A stretch of DNA of 63,993 bases, filler included, from Octopus bimaculoides (lineage: Eukaryota), in NCBI RefSeq assembly GCF_001194135.2. It is 6 parts of 6 records of this genome, joined end to end, with 100 filler letters (N's around TTAATTAATTAA, not from the genome) between each part and the next. Parts side by side here need not be neighbours in the genome. Positions count along the whole stretch, not along the records: positions 20,879 to 38,975 come from NC_068993.1; 5 more parts are not named here. One strand, 5' to 3'. Below the pieces are notes generated by a model, which worked only from the letters and a program-made list of their open reading frames with translations, ran no database searches and was not told the origin of the DNA. Positions 23,423-36,984 of this stretch are shown here, piece after piece. A program made the translations under genes and the position numbers. How positions within the stretch are numbered: the stretch's first letter is position 1; each line of letters starts with the position of its first letter.

Positions 23423-26400
23423 TATATATATATATATGTGTATATGTGTGTATGTGCCTGTTTATATGTGTGCCGACATGTGAGAGTGTGTGTGTGTGCG
23501 AGTAAGTGTATGCATGCGTGTGTGGGTGAGTGTGTTGTTATGAAATCTAAATTTCGTCATACCCATTGCAAAACATCCTCAGCGGAGAATATTCATAGAA
23601 GAGGCATCATTGAGATGATAATGCCGCAATCGCCTCTAATTTGACAAGATAGTTATAATAGACAGATGATATCAAGTGCAGTTCTTGAATGCATTTCCAT
23701 ATTCTTATGAATATCCATTCATCATATATCCAATATAATTCTCAAGTCGATCAAGAATACATTCTAAAGATTATTTTCAAACAAAAAACAAATATATCTA
23801 CATAAAATAAATGAAAATAAAATAAAAAAGACAAAGAAAAAAAAACCCGGGAAGGACTAGAAAAGAAACAATTCTTAGGAAAATATACAAATATATAATT
23901 CTATATTACGTATATTGAAATTTTATTTTTAACACTCCATTATCTTTATCTATTTCTTTGAAAATCTTATTTCATACTTATTATATAATTTTGTGATATT
24001 TGTCTTTTTTTTTAATTTACTATTTCTTCTAATACATCTTATATATTCATATATGTATATATTAATTATTTGTTCTTGTTCGTTATAATATTCTACTCAG
24101 ATTCCTATTCTCATAAGCCACATATTCTTTATTTGAAGAGGCTTTAATTGATACCACTTTGGATTTCCCTCCAACTTTTCTTCCTTTCAGTTAAAACTGA
24201 TATCGTCTCTCAACTCTTAATTGATCATTCATATGATGCATTCTCATATACTTATACACTAAAATGCATACGCATATATGTATATGTGTGTATGCTGTAA
24301 CGTATGTGTGCGTGCATGCGTGTTTGTATGTATGCTCATATACCCATATATCCATTCACACACATAGATACATATATATACAAATACTTGTATGCATGTA
24401 CGTTTATACACACACACACATGCGCGTACACACACATGCGCGTATACACACATGCGCGTACACACACACATACACTCGCACACATACATACACGTATGCA
24501 TGTATGTATATTTGTATGAACGTGTCATCACTCTTAGGAACGCACGCGCGCTTACACATACATACACATGTGTATACTTTTCATCTATGATAGATATTTT
24601 ACATATGCGTGTGTGTCCGTGTCAATACGCGCACGTGCAATATATATGTGTATTTCTTTATAGTTTTTTAAACTTTAAATTACATATATATTCAAGATAT
24701 TTGTGAGAAAATATAAGACATTTTTGTCGAAGAAATGGAGTTGTTTAAATGGATGACGTTATATTCAATAAAAAATCCCTCAACATCTTAATTATACATA
24801 CTGTATCGACAAAAGCTTGGTGAAACTTATGAAAAAAATCTGTTCATAATTAGTGCGTCTTTGCTATTAGTCATATCTTCGTTGTTGTGGAGGCTGTCAA
24901 TGCAACTCCATCGAGATTTGAATTCTGAATTTAATAGTATGAATCTAAATGAACCAGTAATTAATTCACACCCTAAGATTGTTTCTGATAATTTACTATC
25001 TTGCAATTCTTTATGAAAATGTATTTATACCACTAATAAATATCTGTATTTCTGTATTCTGTATTTATTAATTGTTGTTCTTCCGAAAGCCAGTTCTGAT
25101 CGCGCAGATCTCTGTTCAAGCGATTACCTAACATTATTTAGATTATAGTATACGGAAATTCACCCAAAATATTACGTTCAAGTCCTCTAGGTGTTTTCAT
25201 ACGAAAAGGGCGTGATTTGCAGATGAATTGACTTCAGTTTTGAACAGAAGATGCACATGACATACAAATTCGTTTGCTTGCTTAAGCATCGTATAAAGAA
25301 CTGCTGTTTAGTAAAGAACTGCTGTCATAGTATTACGTATCTTTCCCATTATCACATCGTATTTTCTCCTTAAAATGACTTTAATTGATAATCTCTAACC
25401 TCCGAATTATACATGCGCTATACGAATAAAAAGATATATTGTGAAGGTCACGAACAGATGCGAACAATGTTCTTTTATATCGATATATTGTAAACACACG
25501 CCTTAATATAAACAGTGTTTGCCGTTATCATTTATTGACTGAAGGTTTATGACCTTCATCTTCGAAAGAAATATTTCTATTTTGTAGTCATATTACTTCG
25601 TTGCTTTCGTTTCATAAAAAAAAAAACGGGTAAAAGAATCAGTTGTGATGACGACAATAAAGTATACCGAAAATGCCCAGTTTGTGCGAGATAAACAATT
25701 TAGTTGTATACTACGATATTCCTAATTACAATTCATATAATAACTAAATACCATAACGTTCCTCTCGGATCAGCTGGATCTCGACTGAAGAGAGAAAACG
25801 CCGAATGACTTCTCCATGTTTTCTTTGTATCATCTATCTGTATGTTGTGTCCCTTTCTTGTATCACCTGTCTGAATGTTTTGCGTTCTTGTGCCATTCCG
25901 TATTTGATATATATATATATANNNNNNNNNNNNNNNNNNNNNNNNNNNNNNNNNNNNNNNNNNNNNNNNNNNNNNNNNNNNNNNNNNNNNNNNNNNNNNN
26001 NNNNNNNNNNNNNNNNNNNNNNNNNNNNNNNNNNNNNNNNNNNNNNNNNNNNNNNNNNNNNNNNNNNNNNNNNNNNNNNNNNNNNNNNNNNNNNNNNNNN
26101 NNNNNNNNNNNNNNNNNNNNNNNNNNNNNNNNNNNNNNNNNNNNNNNNNNNNNNNNNNNNNNNNNNNNNNNNNNNNNNNNNNNNNNNNNNNNNNNNNNNN
26201 NNNNNNNNNNNNNNNNNNNNNNNNNNNNNNNNNNNNNNNNNNNNNNNNNNNNNNNNNNNNNNNNNNNNNNNNNNNNNNNNNNNNNNNNNNNNNNNNNNNN
26301 NNNNNNNNNNNNNNNNNNNNNNNNNNNNNNNNNNNNNNNNNNNNNNNNNNNNNNNNNNNNNNNNNNNNNNNNNNNNNNNNNNNNNNNNNNNNNNNNNNNN

Positions 26401-26676
26401 NNNNNNNNNNNNNNNNNNNNNNNNNNNNNNNNNNNNNNNNNNNNNNNNNNNNNNNNNNNNNNNNNNNNNNNNNNNNNNNNNNNNNNNNNNNNNNNNNNNN
26501 NNNNNNNNNNNNNNNNNNNNNNNNNNNNNNNNNNNNNNNNNNNNNNNNNNNNNNNNNNNNNNNNNNNNNNNNNNNNNNNNNNNNNNNNNNNNNNNNNNNN
26601 NNNNNNNNNNNNNNNNNNNNNNNNNNNNNNNNNNNNNNNNNNNNNNNNNNNNNNNNNNNNNNNNNNNNNNNNNNNN

Positions 26677-26715
<39 letters not shown>

Positions 26716-28571
26716 ATGTGTGGGGGGGTGTGGGGGTGTATGTGTGTGTGGGTGTGTGTATGTGTGTGTGAGAGCGTGTATTTGTACATGTCTATATTCG
26801 TATGAGTTTATGTATGTGACTTTTTCGCCTGATGATTCTCTTACATATGTTTGCTATGAAACATAAAGTTACGGTGCATTTATCCGTAATGAAGTATATA
26901 TTTTGCAGCATGATCACATACAGACCTAAGTATGTGTGCTTCTGTGCATGTGTGAGTGTGTGTGTGTTTGTTAGTGTATGTACTTCAATATTCATGTGCG
27001 TTAGTGCTTGTGCGTATATCTGTTTGTGTGCGTGTGTGTATAAATACACATATCTTTATACATATGCACATATATGTATATATATATATATATATATATN
27101 NNNNNNNNNNNNNNNNNNNNNNNNNNNNNNNNNNNNNNNNNNNNNNNNNNNNNNNNNNNNNNNNNNNNNNNNNNNNNNNNNNNNNNNNNNNNNNNNNNNN
27201 NNNNNNNNNNNNNNNNNNNNNNNNNNNNNNNNNNNNNNNNNNNNNNNNNNNNNNNNNNNNNNNNNNNNNNNNNNNNNNNNNNNNNNNNNNNNNNNNNNNN
27301 NNNNNNNNNNNNNNNNNNNNNNNNNNNNNNNNNNNNNNNNNNNNNNNNNNNNNNNNNNNNNNNNNNNNNNNNNNNNNNNNNNNNNNNNNNNNNNNNNNNN
27401 NNNNNNNNTATATATATATATATATATATATATGTTTGTGTAAGTGTATACGTGCGTGTACCTATATTAATATGTATGTGTGCAGGTATGTATATATGTA
27501 TACGTAAGGATAATTATGTGTACGCATATATAATTGTGTGACTTGATATTTATGACAGACAGTGTATTAAGAAGTGTAAGCCAATGTGATGCCATATTTT
27601 TATAGTAAGTTTCCGGCCAGTCAAGTTTGCGAAACAGATTTTGGTAGAGATTCAGTCATTCGTGATTTAATTTACTCCCCAATGCTTGCGAGTTCCTAAA
27701 ATTGAATAGACTTAAGAGTTATAGATTCTATTCGGCAATAATTCCCATGTACATTTAAAATGTCCAACGTCTATTAAGCTGATAATTTTCATTGTTTGAT
27801 ATTCCAAATCTTTATAACGTAATTTTACTAATATACTTTTGTTAAACAGCCAAAGTTTTGAAGCTCGCTTGAGAATAAATCAAACTGTAGAGTATATTTT
27901 AGTAGAGTAGAATATGATTTGAAAGACAAAATACGATGAAGTGAATTATAATTCGGCAGTAAACTGCGAATAAACTATACAAATACATGGCTACACATAA
28001 AGCCCATAAATATATTCATATACACGCAGATTTAAAAACAAAAACATTCAGACACAGATGTGTGCGTACGTGTGTGGGTGTGTGTGTGTGTGTGTGCGCC
28101 TGCATGTACATAGATGTGTGCGTACGTGTATATATATACACATATATATATANNNNNNNNNNNNNNNNNNNNNNNNNNNNNNNNNNNNNNNNNNNNNNNN
28201 NNNNNNNNNNNNNNNNNNNNNNNNNNNNNNNNNNNNNNNNNNNNNNNNNNNNNNNNNNNNNNNNNNNNNNNNNNNNNNNNNNNNNNNNNNNNNNNNNNNN
28301 NNNNNNNNNNNNNNNNNNNNNNNNNNNNNNNNNNNNNNNNNNNNNNNNNNNNNNNNNNNNNNNNNNNNNNNNNNNNNNNNNNNNNNNNNNNNNNNNNNNN
28401 NNNNNNNNNNNNNNNNNNNNNNNNNNNNNNNNNNNNNNNNNNNNNNNNNNNNNNNNNNNNNNNNNNNNNNNNNNNNNNNNNNNNNNNNNNNNNNNNNNNN
28501 NNNNNNNNNNNNNNNNNNNNNNNNNNNNNNNNNNNNNNNNNNNNNNNNNNNNNNNNNNNNNNNNNNNNNNN

Positions 28572-28604
<33 letters not shown>

Positions 28605-29689
28605 GTGTGTGTGTGTGTCTGTGTGCGTGTGTGTGTGTGAGAGTGAGTGTGTGTGTGTGTGTATGTGTGTGCTTGTATGTGTGTTTCTATGTGTGCACAT
28701 AGATGTATGTTTATATTATATTTTATGAGTTTTTGCCTGGTTTATATGCCGAATAGAATGAAATATATTACATAGAGACAAAACAAATATTGACATAACT
28801 TCTTAATTTCTAAATAATACGATATAGTTATTCTCTCATATTTATTTTGATACTATGATGATGTATGAACGTTTTAACAGCTTAATCTTATTTATATGTT
28901 TCTGTAAACAAAATTTACATAACTTTCATAACATTTTATATAAAATATCAAATTGAAAATTTGACTTGCATTTTATTTTTAATTCTCTTCACAATTTTCG
29001 TATTCTAATGGAAATATAACGGACAAAAACGTTATGCCGATACCGGGATAATATCACTATGATCTCAATGTTTCACTGTTTGGGCTTGTATATATATTTA
29101 CTTTTCCGGCTTCTTTTCGCGTGGAATTTTCTAACACTTGTGATCAATCATGTGCAAGTAATGGTGAATATTTATTGCTTCATACAATATATGTTTTGTT
29201 AATATATATTTTGTTAATAAAACTTGTTTTCATTTTAGTTACATCTCAAGGTTTAGATGGACTACAATGTCGTCGAGATTAACATTATCACGAGGAATGC
29301 GTGTCTTCATGAACATATCTATGTGTTTTCTGTGTGTGTGTGATTGAGTGAGCGCGTGCATATATATATGTGTGTGTGTATGTGTGTGTGTATGTGTGTG
29401 TGTGTGTGTGCGTGTGTGTGTGTGTGTGTGTGTATGTGGGTGTGTGTACACACACATATATATGTATAAGATAGCTGCAAACGCGTGTTCGATTAATGCC
29501 ATCGCCGGATCGGAAGCGCCACACTTGCGAATGCTAAGACTAGCTATTTTTGTGATAGGTCTTACTGATTTTTTTTTCTTACCGTTGGGACAAGATTTGA
29601 ACAAATCCAATCCCCTTCTCTGAACATGGACAACATAAAAGAACAACTAGTCTGCATCATTGAACATTGTTAGTATCGCAGGTTTTCTC

Positions 29690-29815
29690 CCAGAGTTTCA
29701 CTTCCCAAGACAGATGTTTTGACAGCAACTGAGGGACCTTTTTAAACCAGACAATGTTCTGAATAGAAGCCCACATGAATTGCACCTCTGATTTTGACCA
29801 CCAATACTTGCAGAA
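29690..29815 (-). mobile_element. LINE (RTE-like) 3' fragment with C-terminal zinc-knuckle relic
   Basis: QRCNSCGLLFRTLSGLKRSLSCC* resembles the CxxC...GLxxH C-terminus of RTE-type ORFs. Confidence 0.45.
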
Positions 29816-30799
29816 AAGTTTTGCACTTTGTAGATCTTAACATATTCTTTGAGGCCTCCGTTTGGTTTGATTTGTGTGTGCATACGTACACACAGACACA
29901 CGCATATATATGTGTGCATATGTATGTATGGCTGTATATTGTCTTCGCTGTATATAAGTTTTTCTATAATCAATGTTATTGCAGAATTAATACAGTGTTC
30001 TTTTATGCATTATTTAAAGACATGCAAAAATTATATAACCCATTCTATCCTTATTCGAAACGAGAATAGTCTCCTATGCATCTCCTGCACAACCAATCAT
30101 AAATTTCACCAGTATAGTTTTACTTATGACATCATTTCTGTTTGCTTTACGTAACTTAACAGAAACTAATTTATATTTTGCTCTCTGTAATTAAATAGAA
30201 AAACGTAGTGCAACTATGAAGATTGTTAATGATTAAAATCCAAGGTAATTACCATACATTTCGATCAAACAATTTCTTACACGATTTCGATTCTCTTTAC
30301 ACACCTATCCAACCAAGTAAATCTTAGTTAATTACTATGCCATTCACACATCTGCCTATTATACTCACTCTGTTGTGTACCGAACATTTTGTTGTTCACA
30401 AATCAATCTATTCAAGTTAATTAACAGATAAAACACGCAGGATTTGATATAACTGAGGCATTTGAAATCAATGGAGATGAAAAGCATGTGAACTGAACCT
30501 AGAGAAGTATATAATCTCCAGCGTATTTAAATTTTTCTAATGCCCAGCTTTAATACACGACAGAATCCAGGAAACTTGCCTCGTGAGCGTATGACTGGCG
30601 AAGGACGTTTGGTTCATTTGATTGTTTAATAAGGCAAAGTTATCCTAGTAGACATAAATATATTATCCTGACAACACACATAATAAATGTGATCCACTTC
30701 TAAGCTTTGCGAACAGATTATTCAATACATTAACGTCAGAATGTTGAATACTTTCTAATGAAATCTTTTGACATCAATGTTTGCTTCTTTCTTCTGTTA

Positions 30800-30987
30800 G
30801 ATTCCGTTCATGCTGGGGCATTGACTTCGGGCGTTTAGTCGAACAAATCGAACTCAAAAATTATTCTTTCAAAATATAGTACTTATATTATTGGTTTCTT
30901 TCACCGAACTTCTAAGTTACAGAGAAGTAAATTAACCAGCACGGGTTGTCAAGCGGTGGTAGCAAAGGACAAGCAAAAGCACATACA

Positions 30988-31000
<13 letters not shown>
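30800..31000 (-). mobile_element. Family A SINE, 3' segment (degenerate)
   Basis: catgctgggg...tttagtcgaacaaatcga...ggttgtcaagcg. Confidence 0.7.
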
Positions 31001-31039
<39 letters not shown>

Positions 31040-32844
31040 TATATCAGAATTCTACGAAGATTCCGTCTACGAAATTTACTAAGGAGGCATTACTCGATTC
31101 GAAACTATAATAAATGACACTCGTCCAAAGTTCCAGGCATTGGGTCTGAAACCAAATAACATGGTTGCAAAGTGACCTTCACGAAAAGCAAATCTAATTC
31201 GTAACAATTCCTGTTCAAAAATATGTTGCGTTTTTTTTTTTTTTTGGTTCTTGTTTTTCACAAATTGTTATTGTTGATTATAAGTGGCTTGTATTTAAAA
31301 AAATATAACACCATTATAAATAATAGTTACGATAAACACCAACTCCATTATAAAAAATAAAATGGAACATTAGAAGTCGGTGGAATATACTTCATATCTT
31401 AATGGTAGGTATTTTACTGATACCAACCAATACATATATTACGTATTGAAACTATCGCAATTGAGCGCGAAAACATACAATTGAATTGAATTCAATGCAC
31501 ATTATATTAAAAGTGACAATCAACCGGGTATGATAAAACCGATAACAAAAGAATTTATAAACTCAAATTACTCATAAAACGGTTTATGATTAGCAGGTAA
31601 ATTGCAGTCAGCACAGACTAGTCTGGCTTTATTGACAAAATGTTATTTCACATCCACATTCTGTCGACTTGATAGCATTAGGCATTCTACTAGTTTACCT
31701 ATTCTAACTAACGTCTTAAGTTAACCCCTAGTCTGTTTAAAAAAATACCGCTATTAGCCACCAGATGTCTACTGACCTCAATTTCGTCGCGTGCATCTCC
31801 ATGTATGTCCGCAGAGGGACTACTATTTCGTACATGTCTAATTTTACATTCCGACACAACGATCACAATACTCTACTCACAGTAGTTAAAGCAATTCAGA
31901 GTAACTGTAATTCCGTTGAAGAGAGCTGAGAAAGCTATCTTATTCAACAGATTCAGCGGTTGAATATAAAACATAATGACAGTTACAGAAATGAGACATG
32001 ATATTTGTAACTCATTCAACTAGAACGGTACACAACTATTTCTGTACAGATATCGATGAATTGCCTCTAAATATAGATATTGATACGTTCCAGAAAAATA
32101 CCATTGATTTTGTATCTAATTATATTTTGGGCATTTTTACGCAGTATCTAATAATGATGCTGTCGATGTGTTTATGCAAGTTATACACTATTACCTTTGA
32201 TAAAGAGAAAATAAATACCAGATAAATTCTCCATACAATAAATGCTACTTTCGAAATAAATGTGAGCTGGTCTAACAAGGGAAGGTGTGAAGATAATTAG
32301 ATCGGATGTTTTGTAGGCGATATCTCACATTGTACAATGAGGCCCAAAAGTCACGCATCAAAATATTTAAGATTACATCTATATTACTTTATTAGGTGCT
32401 AGCTGGCCGAGTGGTTAGCAAAAATGATTAACGGTGCTTCGTGCGTCTTTACGTTTACAGTTCAAATTCCATCAGGTTCCAATTTTATCATTCATTGTTT
32501 TGAGGGTCTATGAAATAATTACCAGTTGGTAATTCCGGAGCCTACTGGACATGGACTTATTTTGTGCATAACTTTTAGCCCGTCTTGTACTTTAGTAGTA
32601 AATGTTCACCAAGATTGAATACAGACTCGTAAAGGAACCAGAACAAATTGGAATGGTGTGATGTTAAGAAGCTATAACCATCAGTTAATATTTCTTATAA
32701 CAATTCTGAAATGATGAAGGGCAATATCGATGCCGGCAGCATTTGGACTCAGAGTGCAGTGTCGGAAGAAATGCCGCTTAGCATTTTTGTAGTAATTATT
32801 GTGCCTGCTTGCCGCAATAATAAAAATTAATTTCACATTTTGGC

Positions 32845-33012
32845 AAAAGTCTAGGAATTTCGTGGGTTGTGGTAAGTCGATGACATCGACCCCAGTGCTT
32901 TATCAGAACTAATTTTAATCGACCCTGAAATGATGAAAATCAAAGTCGACCCCGGCGGAAATGCAGCTAAGCATTTTGCCCGGTATCCTAACCATTCTAC
33001 CAACTCGTAGCC
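32845..33012 (-). mobile_element. Family B SINE (degenerate)
   Basis: aaagtcgaccccggcggaa...ctaagcattttgcccgg. Confidence 0.75.
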
Positions 33013-35038
33013 TTTACCGCAATAAGCATTACAAGTATTATGTATTAATTTTGAACACAGACCTGAACTTTTGAGAGCTGTGTATGGACCAGCACGAGCA
33101 GTATAATCAGAAAGAGCAAAGCTACCCGTAGGAAAGCATGAAGAAACACAAGAAAAATATAGAACTTCTTTGCTACCTATATACATAAATAACTACTTTG
33201 GGTTTAACATAGGTTTAGCAGACAGTGCGGAATTTATAGTTCATTAAAACAATCTTTATTAATTAAAACAATACACGTGATGAAGGGATAGCTTTGTTAT
33301 CATAATTATTGCTTCTGTTAATTCATAGAGAAATAACAGCCCCAAATTGCCCAGTTTATATTTCATTGTACTGCTATTAACAGACGCTCTGACCCAGTCT
33401 TTACAATATATTTACTCTAATTGCTAATCCGAACTGCTAGAATTTCAGGTAAAAACTCACAGAAATCACAAATACTCCACCTGCTCCAGCTTATGATAAT
33501 GTTTATAGTGCTGAATCTACTAGCATTTATTCAAAGAAAAAAACATATATATATATATATATATATATATANNNNNNNNNNNNNNNNNNNNNNNNNNNNN
33601 NNNNNNNNNNNNNNNNNNNNNNNNNNNNNNNNNNNNNNNNNNNNNNNNNNNNNNNNNNNNNNNNNNNNNNNNNNNNNNNNNNNNNNNNNNNNNNNNNNNN
33701 NNNNNNNNNNNNNNNNNNNNNNNNNNNNNNNNNNNNNNNNNNNNNNNNNNNNNNNNNNNNNNNNNNNNNNNNNNNNNNNNNNNNNNNNNNNNNNNNNNNN
33801 NNNNNNNNNNNNNNNNNNNNNNNNNNNNNNNNNNNNNNNNNNNNNNNNNNNNNNNNNNNNNNNNNNNNNNNNNNNNNNNNNNNNNNNNNNNNNNNNNNNN
33901 NNNNNNNNNNNNNNNNNNNNNNNNNNNNNNNNNNNNNNNNNNNNNNNNNNNNNNNNNNNNNNNNNNNNNNNNNNNNNNNNNNNNNNNNNNNNNNNNNNNN
34001 NNNNNNNNNNNNNNNNNNNNNNNNNNNNNNNNNNNNNNNNNNNNNNNNNNNNNNNNNNNNNNNNNNNNNNNNNNNNNNNNNNNNNNNNNNNNNNNNNNNN
34101 NNNNNNNNNNNNNNNNNNNNNNNNNNNNNNNNNNNNNNNNNNNNNNNNNNNNNNNNNNNNNNNNNNNNNNNNNNNNNNNNNNNNNNNNNNNNNNNNNNNN
34201 NNNNNNNNNNNNNNNNNNNNNNNNNNNNNNNNNNNNNNNNNNNNNNNNNNNNNNNNNNNNNNNNNNNNNNNNNNNNNNNNNNNNNNNNNNNNNNNNNNNN
34301 NNNNNNNNNNNNNTATATATATATATATATATGTATATATTAAAAACAGTCTCATGCATTCACATGCAGACGCATCCACGTACAATCACATATATAAAAT
34401 CAAAGAAAAGTTTGGTGAGAACATATTTCTTCATGTGTTGAAATGATTTCCAAGATTTCGGATAGAACCATGTTAAAAACCGTATTTGATGCCTTGCTGT
34501 TCATTATGAATAATGTATCCTTAAGTGCGGCACTGACTGGTTAATCATTAGCACAAAAATCATTTTGATTTTTGTGGAAGGCACACGCGATTAAATCGAC
34601 CTCGTATTTCACTGATTTTCTTTGGTTTTCTTTTTTAGTTTAGCAATCTCGTAATGGAATCATCTTACGTTAACCTGTTTATACAGTGACTGTTTAGAAT
34701 ACTTCAAACATTAGAATTGGTAATATGGAACAATATTCAAAATATTTCCTTTTATTGGTCGTGTTGAATTTTCTCCAAAACCGACACCTGGCACGCGCAG
34801 AAGTTTGTAACAAAAGTATTCTGTGATATAATCATAAAGATAGGAGCTAGCCATTGTGTCAGTCTCCTCTCTCAGACAGATCATTAATTTTGACTTACAA
34901 ACCATTGGTATTAACATTAGGTTGTTACATTATTGAAAAAATCGGCTTGTCACAAATAATGTGTAATCATTTGTACCAAAATTTACGTTCGAAACATTTC
35001 GTACACTATCGAACGATATACATGCATGCCTGTAATTA

Positions 35039-35250
35039 CGAAGTCTGATCAATAAGTATCCGAACTGTTGCCACAGAAACGACGCTAATGCAAGCAGATA
35101 GAAGCTGCTTGGCAAAGATTAGCCTTGAACTCTGCTGTGTATGCAAACTAAATTTGAATGTACTAGCAGACTTTTCCTGTTCGCAGCAGGTCTTGGAAGT
35201 AACGTGTGTAAGTGTGATCGTCGCATTGACCATGACAGAAAATGTCTTCG
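35039..35250 (+). mobile_element. Tc1/mariner-type left-end fragment, same family as 12584-12800
   Basis: TA|CGAAGTCTGATCAATAAGTATCCGAACTGTTGCC...cgcattgacc. Confidence 0.65.
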
Positions 35251-35599
35251 TGGTTATACACACACAAGCAAATGCATGTGCATAAACACACACACACGCA
35301 CACACACACACATATATATATANNNNNNNNNNNNNNNNNNNNNNNNNNNNNNNNNNNNNNNNNNNNNNNNNNNNNNNNNNNNNNNNNNNNNNNNNNNNNN
35401 NNNNNNNNNNNNNNNNNNNNNNNNNNNNNNNNNNNNNNNNNNNNNNNNNNNNNNNNNNNNNNNNNNNNNNNNNNNNNNNNNNNNNNNNNNNNNNNNNNNN
35501 NNNNNNNNNNNNNNNNNNNNNNNNNNNNNNNNNNNNNNNNNNNNNNNNNNNNATATATATATATATATATACATATATATACACACATGCACCTGTGTA

Positions 35600-35785
35600 A
35601 TTATGTGTGTTTTTATACGACCGTCTTCGTTCTTTTTCCTTCAACCAAATCCATTCAAAATAATTTGTTGTGGACTAGGCTTTATTGAGAAAACACTTAG
35701 TTGAGGAGTTGCGCAGTGGGACTGAACTGAAGAGCATATTCGTTGGGAAGTAAATTCACAGTCATACAACCAGCCACTCCTACAT
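35600..35785 (-). mobile_element. Family A SINE head and core (degenerate)
   Basis: ccaaatccattca...gcagtgggactgaac...cagccactcc. Confidence 0.7.
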
Positions 35786-36912
35786 TTACGCGCGCCTATT
35801 AACTTACTTCAGGTTTTCGCTCGAAGTGGGACGAGGATCATCGACGTGTTTTCCCCACTCTTCTGTAATCTCGGGTTAACTTTTGTTCTTGTCTCCAGTT
35901 ACACCTCTGGCGTTTCAACTCTGCCCCACTACCTCGCCTTTTCTGAAGGAAGGTCTTCCTCACCTAGGTTTTATTGGTTTTCATTTGTCATCGATGCTTC
36001 TGTAACACAAGGAGTGTGCACTCCACAGGCAAAATTTGCGTGAGTTGTGGGGCCACACAAGTCAACAAACAGCCACAAGAACTCAGACACATGAACAAAT
36101 TCTAAACCACATACTGCACTTGTAATAACGCAAGACTGGATTTGAAACCTTATTAATGTATAAACATGGAAATGGGAGGTGGTGAAAAAACGTCTTATTC
36201 GTGACAGTGAAATTAATATTGATGTGTAATAATACTCTCCCGAAATGTAACGCATCATTAAACGTAGAATATGTTTCGATAATGAAATGTATTACCAAAA
36301 GATCATGTTGCACATCATATAAGTTATGTCTTTTAAATGGCTATAAAACAACGCATGAGACACCTGAATAAACCAATTGCATCAACGATATCTAATATTA
36401 GTTCAGATGCATAACTTTTTTTCCTTTTCACAAACAATAAATTTGTTTGTTTACTATATGCTGGAATGTATGCTATACATGAGTAAAAGACGAAAAATGG
36501 AAGATCATGGATATTTAAATTCATGGATCATTTTTCTAATAAATATAAACAAATGTTCATGATTATATACTATAAACACAAACACACAAAATATTCAGGG
36601 TTAAAGAGGAGCTGGAGAGAAAGCAAGATGTAGCTATGAAAATGTCGTTTTTTCATTAATTATGAGTGACTACTGCATTCCAGAGAAGTTGTAGAGTTGC
36701 ATTTTCTTTTAATATCTTTATCTTTGAAGGTGTTAAATATTAGTTGGTTGTTTACAATGTTATTAAATAAAAGACGTGAGTGCTATAAGAAGAGACATAT
36801 AGTGGTTGTTCAGAACAGTTGATGTTCATACTTTGTGAATGGAAATATTTTACGATCTCAAGTTAACCACCTGTGGAGATAAAAGCATTGCAATGTTTCA
36901 ATCCTTATTGAA

Positions 36913-36984
<72 letters not shown>

